Source: Phycisphaerae bacterium (GTDB lineage Bacteria > Planctomycetota > Phycisphaerae > UBA1845 > PWPN01). Taken from it: a stretch of 64,000 nt of DNA. The stretch covers positions 12,309 to 76,308 of the forward strand of contig JAAXZI010000049.1 of the NCBI GenBank assembly GCA_012719955.1. The letters run 5' to 3'. The position numbers and the translations under genes are program-made. This document shows positions 60,007-64,000 of the stretch, piece after piece; positions within the stretch are counted from its first letter, which is position 1, and the number at the start of each line of letters is the position of its first letter. Under the pieces are notes generated by a model. That model worked only from the letters and a program-made list of their open reading frames with translations. It did no database searches and was not told the origin of the DNA.

Positions 60007-60939
60007 ATGAAAATCGCGATCATCGGTTCCGGTTCTGTCGGTTGCCTGTATGGGGCCCGGCTCGCGCGTGGCGGACACGACGTGCGGTTTCTGATGCGCC
60101 GCGACCTCGAGGCGGTTCGCCGTAACGGCCTCACCATCAAAAGCTGCGACGGTGACTTCCACCTCCGCCCGGCCGTCTTCGGTAAGTCCGAAGAGATCGG
60201 CCCGGTGGACCTGGTCCTCTGCGCCCTGAAGGCCACGGCGATGGACGTTGCCGAGCAACTCGTCCGCCCCTGCGTGGGGCCACACACGCGGATCGTGGCC
60301 CTCATGAACGGCCTGGGGATCGAAGAACAATTCGCAGGCTGGTTCGGCCCCGAACGCATCTTCGGCGGGCTGGCCTTCGTGTGCATCAATCGCGGCGAGC
60401 CCGGCGTCGTTCATCACCTGGCCTACGGCCGGGTCGCCATCGGCCACCTGGCGGGCAACCACGAGCAATCCCGCGAGATCGCCCGCCTCTTCGCCGACGC
60501 CGGCTTCGAGACCAGCGTTCCGCCGTCGCTGCGCCAGGCCCGCTGGGAAAAGCTCATGTGGAACATCCCGTTCAGCACGCTGTGCATTACGGCCGGCGCG
60601 GTCACCACGCGCGAAGTGATGGGCGATCCCGGCCTCAGAATGCTCGCCGAACGGCTGATCGTGGAAACCGGCACGGCCGGCAACGCCGACGGCTGCGAGA
60701 TCGACATCCCCGCCACCCTCGCGAAAATGATGGCCAACACCGCGACCATGGGCGCTTACCGTCCCTCCATGCTGGTAGACTATCAGAACAGGCTTCCGCT
60801 GGAGGTCGAGGCGATTCTGGGCGAACCGGTCCGCCGGGCGAACGCGCTCGGCGTGCCCGTGCCCGTCATGGAGACGCAGTACCGATTGACGGCGTTCCTG
60901 GATCTGCTGAATAGAGGCGAAGTGAGAGGTGAGAAGTGA
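60007..60939 (+). CDS. panE: 2-dehydropantoate 2-reductase
   Basis: The ATG at 60007 gives MKIAIIGSGSVGCLYGARLARGGHDV. SMLVDYQNRLPLEVEAILG is also present. The last 8 codons (RGEVRGEK) lie inside a heptamer array. Confidence 0.85.
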   Translation: MKIAIIGSGSVGCLYGARLARGGHDVRFLMRRDLEAVRRNGLTIKSCDGDFHLRPAVFGKSEEIGPVDLVLCALKATAMDVAEQLVRPCVGPHTRIVALMNGLGIEEQFAGWFGPERIFGGLAFVCINRGEPGVVHHLAYGRVAIGHLAGNHEQSREIARLFADAGFETSVPPSLRQARWEKLMWNIPFSTLCITAGAVTTREVMGDPGLRMLAERLIVETGTAGNADGCEIDIPATLAKMMANTATMGAYRPSMLVDYQNRLPLEVEAILGEPVRRANALGVPVPVMETQYRLTAFLDLLNRGEVRGEK

Positions 60940-61020
60940 GAAGTGAGACGTGAGAACTGAGAGCTGTGTGAAGATTTCGCTCCCTTCAGTTCTCAGTTCG
61001 CAGTTCTCAGTTCTCAGTTT
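60919..61020. repeat. heptamer-array inverted repeat (GTGAGAA units facing TTCTCAG units)
   Basis: gaagtgagaggtgagaagtgagaagtgagacgtgagaactgagagctg, a spacer, then cttcagttctcagttcgcagttctcagttctcagttt. TGA occurs at 60923, 60930, 60937, 60944, 60951 and 60958. Confidence 0.85.
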
Positions 61021-61038
61021 TTGACCTCAAAGAGGCTG

Positions 61039-62313
61039 ATGATGATCAACGTGAACGAGCTTCCCTACCTCACCGCTTCCATCCCCGGCATTGGCGGCCG
61101 GATCAAGACCCGCCCCGAGGACTTTTTTGTGGATGAAGTGCCGCTCTACCCCGCCGCCGGTGAGGGTACGCACACTTACTTCAAGATCGAAAAGATGGGC
61201 CTGGCCACCATGCAGGCCGTCCAGCAAATCGCCCGCGCGCTGGGCAAACCGGCCTACGAGATCGGCTACGCCGGCCTGAAGGATGCCGACGCCCTCACCC
61301 GCCAGTGGCTCAGCGTCGAGCACGTGGACCCCGCCCGCGTCCAGTCGCTCGACGTCCCCCGCGTCCGCGTGATCGAAGTCACCCGCCACGGAAACAAGCT
61401 CAAGCTCGGCCATCTCGCCGGCAACCGCTTCCGCATCAAGGTTCGCCAGATCGACCCCGCCCGCGCCCGCGAGGCCCAGGCCACCATGGAGATGCTCGCC
61501 AAGCGCGGCGTCCCCAACTACTTCGGCGCCCAGCGCTTCGGGAGCCGCGGCGATACCGGGTACATCGGCCGGGCCATCCTCCGTCGCGATTTCGCCGAGG
61601 CGCTGGCGCTTATGCTCGGCCGGCCGGGCCCGCACGACTATGGACAGGTCCGCCGCGCCCGCGAACTCTTCGAGGCCGGCGATTACGAGGAGGCCGCCCG
61701 CACCTGGCCCTACCCGTTCTTCAACGAAAAACGCATCTGCCGGATGATCATCAAGTACAAGGGCAACGCCGAGCGCGTCATTCGCGCGGTGGACAAGCAG
61801 ATGCGCCGCTTCTATATCTCCGCCTACCAGTCGCTGCTCTTCAACCAGATCGTCGCCGCCCGCCTGGAAACCCTTGACCGCCTCATGGCCGGCGATCTTG
61901 CCTGGAAACACGCCAACGGCGCGGTCTTCAAAGTCGTGGACCCCGCCGTCGAACAGCCGCGATGTGATGCGTTCGAGATTTCCCCCACCGGCCCCCTGTA
62001 CGGCCATCGCATGAGCCGTGCTGAGGGCGAACCCGGCCAGATCGAACAGGCCCTTCTCGATTCCGAAGACACCAACCCCAACGAATGGCGCGAAGGCCCC
62101 ACCCACAAGGTCCGCGGCGGCCGTCGCCCCTTGCGCTTCCGTCCCCAGGAGGCTTCCGTCACCACCGGCCAGGACGACGCCGGCCCCTACATCGAACTGG
62201 CCTTCCAACTCGAACCCGGCTGCTACGCCACCGCCGTGCTCCGCGAAATCTGCAAAGCCGAAGAGTCGCTGTCCGCAAACACAAGCGACGAATCAACCGA
62301 ACCCGAAGCGTAA
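61039..62313 (+). CDS. truD: tRNA pseudouridine(13) synthase TruD
   Basis: The motifs are PEDFFVDEV, GLKDADALTRQWLSV and NYFGAQRFG. The ATG at 61039 follows aagagg. Confidence 0.88.
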   Translation: MMINVNELPYLTASIPGIGGRIKTRPEDFFVDEVPLYPAAGEGTHTYFKIEKMGLATMQAVQQIARALGKPAYEIGYAGLKDADALTRQWLSVEHVDPARVQSLDVPRVRVIEVTRHGNKLKLGHLAGNRFRIKVRQIDPARAREAQATMEMLAKRGVPNYFGAQRFGSRGDTGYIGRAILRRDFAEALALMLGRPGPHDYGQVRRARELFEAGDYEEAARTWPYPFFNEKRICRMIIKYKGNAERVIRAVDKQMRRFYISAYQSLLFNQIVAARLETLDRLMAGDLAWKHANGAVFKVVDPAVEQPRCDAFEISPTGPLYGHRMSRAEGEPGQIEQALLDSEDTNPNEWREGPTHKVRGGRRPLRFRPQEASVTTGQDDAGPYIELAFQLEPGCYATAVLREICKAEESLSANTSDESTEPEA

Positions 62314-62769
62314 GCAAAGGAATAACCCGAGCCCGTTAGCACAAGCGAAGGATTGTTTCGTTCCAGAGTATGCCCCTGGCCACCTGCGACAACCCACCGT
62401 CTCGCGCCAGCCCTCTGCCCACATCAGCACAGCCGTGCAGTCTTCTCCCGAAAACGCATCCTGCAATTCTTGCAGCCTGCCAAACCCTGCACAACGGGCC
62501 ATCGGGGGCCGCCACGCGATTCCCAATTCGCCGTAACCAATTGTCCAATAAAACTTTATCAGCAGATTAACCCGACTGACCCACCCCTCAGGTCCGCAGC
62601 ACGACATAACTTGTATGTCAGATCCATCTTTTGCGCCCACCTGGCAACGGCTTGATGTAGAATACCGGCAGCACATCCATCGGGGAGAGAGAGTCTCGGA
62701 CCACGTTTGGTCCGGGCTCAAGGAGGGCAGGTGCACCTCCCTGGCTGCAGAGATATAGAGGAGGGTTAG

Positions 62770-63510
62770 ATGATTCGTCGAACCCTGTCATACAGGTCAC
62801 GGGGGTTGATCTGCGCGTTGGGCGTCATCGCGGTTGCGGCCGTGCCTTCCCGGGCTGTACCTCTGGATCTTGATCTTCGATGGGGCGCCAGCCTCTCCGG
62901 GCATGACAAGCTGGATCTGGCTCCGAGACAGATCGGCGAAACCAAGTACCAGGCCACCGGTACCTATTTCGGCCCCAACGAGGCCTGGAGACTGGAATAC
63001 GAAATCCTGGCCGATACCGACCCGCTGGTGCAGGCCGTCTTTTCGATCACCAACCAGTCAGCCACCAACACTCAGACCTACAGCCTCACGGTCAGTATGC
63101 CGGTTACACCCGCTCTGGCACCACCCAATCTCATGGGCGGTTCGGTGACCGGATCACTCACCGACACCGGCGGGGGCGCGATGCTGACCAGCAACGGTGC
63201 GACCGCCGTTTACACCGCGCTGATCAACGGCGTGCCGGTCCAGACGCTTCTGGACAGCCCCTATTCCGTTTCCGCCGGTGCTTTCCAGGGCGTGCAGATC
63301 GGCCCCCTGGACTTCGGAGTACCGATCCCCAGCGCCGCCGCCCCCAATGTGAGCGTTGACACTATCGGCATCCAGTTGCAATTCACGCTCAGTCCCGGCG
63401 ACTCGGCCTCATTCACCAGCGTCTTCGTGGTTGAACCAGTTCCCGAGCCGACCACGATGGCTTTGCTGGGGCTGGTCAGCCTGGCCATGTGTCGCCGCCG
63501 GTCGGCCTGA
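62770..63510 (+). CDS. PEP-CTERM sorting domain-containing secreted protein
   Basis: There is a signal peptide. The C-terminus reads VPEPTTMALLGLVSLAMCRRRSA: a PEP motif, a TM helix and a basic tail. Confidence 0.85.
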   Translation: MIRRTLSYRSRGLICALGVIAVAAVPSRAVPLDLDLRWGASLSGHDKLDLAPRQIGETKYQATGTYFGPNEAWRLEYEILADTDPLVQAVFSITNQSATNTQTYSLTVSMPVTPALAPPNLMGGSVTGSLTDTGGGAMLTSNGATAVYTALINGVPVQTLLDSPYSVSAGAFQGVQIGPLDFGVPIPSAAAPNVSVDTIGIQLQFTLSPGDSASFTSVFVVEPVPEPTTMALLGLVSLAMCRRRSA

Positions 63511-63537
63511 TATTAGTCTCTCCCCCCATCTGCTCTG

Positions 63538-63572
63538 AGCCGGTGCGTCCAGCCGCACCGGCTTTTGTATTT
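63538..63572 (+). terminator. intrinsic terminator
   Basis: agccggtgcg / tccagc / cgcaccggct is followed by tttgtattt. Confidence 0.75.
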
Positions 63573-63762
63573 CCCCCCGCCCCACCGCCTCCACCTCAAA
63601 ACTAAGGCGAATTCCTTATGGATGAGGAAGTCACCTGCGGAGTACATACGTAGGGGGCCTGACGTACCGGCCCATCCCGCCGGTCGCATTGAGTGCCGGC
63701 AAACGAGAAGGATTCTCCGCGCCACTACTCGAAATGGCGCCCAATCGACCGGAGGTCACGTG

Positions 63763-64000
63763 ATGACGATAGCTTCCCGCGCCGCAGTTGGAGTCTGCGC
63801 AGTCGCAGTTCTGACCTTCCTCGGCACCCCCAGCGCCCGGGCCTACGAGGGCTACGGCGCCGTCTCCGTCGGCGGCGCGGGCGGCGATGTCTACCACGTC
63901 ACTACTCTGGCCGACAGCGGAGCCGGCTCTCTGCGTAACGGCATCCTCAACCGCAGTGGCCCCCGGACCATCGTCTTCGACGTGGCCGGCACCATCACCA
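63763..64000 (+). CDS. pectate lyase-like secreted protein, N-terminal fragment (runs off the window)
   Basis: This ORF is not in the supplied track. ggaggt lies 6 nt before the ATG. My translation is [79 protein letters not shown]. The GGAGG-VY-V-LADSG-GSLR...PR-IVF pattern is typical of pectate lyase N-termini. Confidence 0.6.
   Translation, partial: MTIASRAAVGVCAVAVLTFLGTPSARAYEGYGAVSVGGAGGDVYHVTTLADSGAGSLRNGILNRSGPRTIVFDVAGTIT

Noticed and set aside
61027-62208. 393-aa minus-strand ORF
   Set aside because: It is antisense to truD, which has clear TruD motifs.

Overview
GC-rich bacterial chromosomal segment. The gene content suggests Planctomycetota, but that is inference only: formylglycine-type sulfatase, Tat-signal Gfo/Idh/MocA oxidoreductase, PEP-CTERM protein, ThuA, TadG-like protein, DUF5011 repeats, type III glutamine synthetase. 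I support about 50 protein-coding genes, mostly housekeeping. They include scpB, the LysR-gltB-gltD operon, clpS, lgt, a polyprenyl synthase, glnN, two sugar kinases, purH, dnaG-rpoD, dusB, panE and truD. There is also one tRNA-Arg(UCU), several canonical intrinsic terminators and two sigma70-like promoters. I found no rRNA, CRISPR array, transposase, integrase or recognisable defence island. The unusual content is mostly non-genic. (1) Two families of short palindromic repeats occur as single extragenic copies and also as in-frame tandem arrays inside gltD, gltB and an MFS transporter gene. (2) Heptamer arrays carry TGA every 7 nt, so all three frames are stopped, and they sit exactly at gene ends. 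(3) A GxxExxY gene is bracketed by 28-bp inverted repeats and wedged between rhaB and purH. (4) A DUF433/DUF5615 toxin-antitoxin pair has a toxin gene interrupted by one in-frame TAG. (5) A methyltransferase, flavoprotein and type III PKS operon is tightly coupled to a TIGR03790-like secreted protein gene. (6) An orphan promoter plus terminator pair defines a roughly 100-nt sRNA candidate. All coordinates were counted by hand and may be off by 1-3 nt. Family assignments rest on motifs I recognise in the translations, not on searches. Many long ORFs in the supplied track are antisense shadows typical of high-GC DNA.
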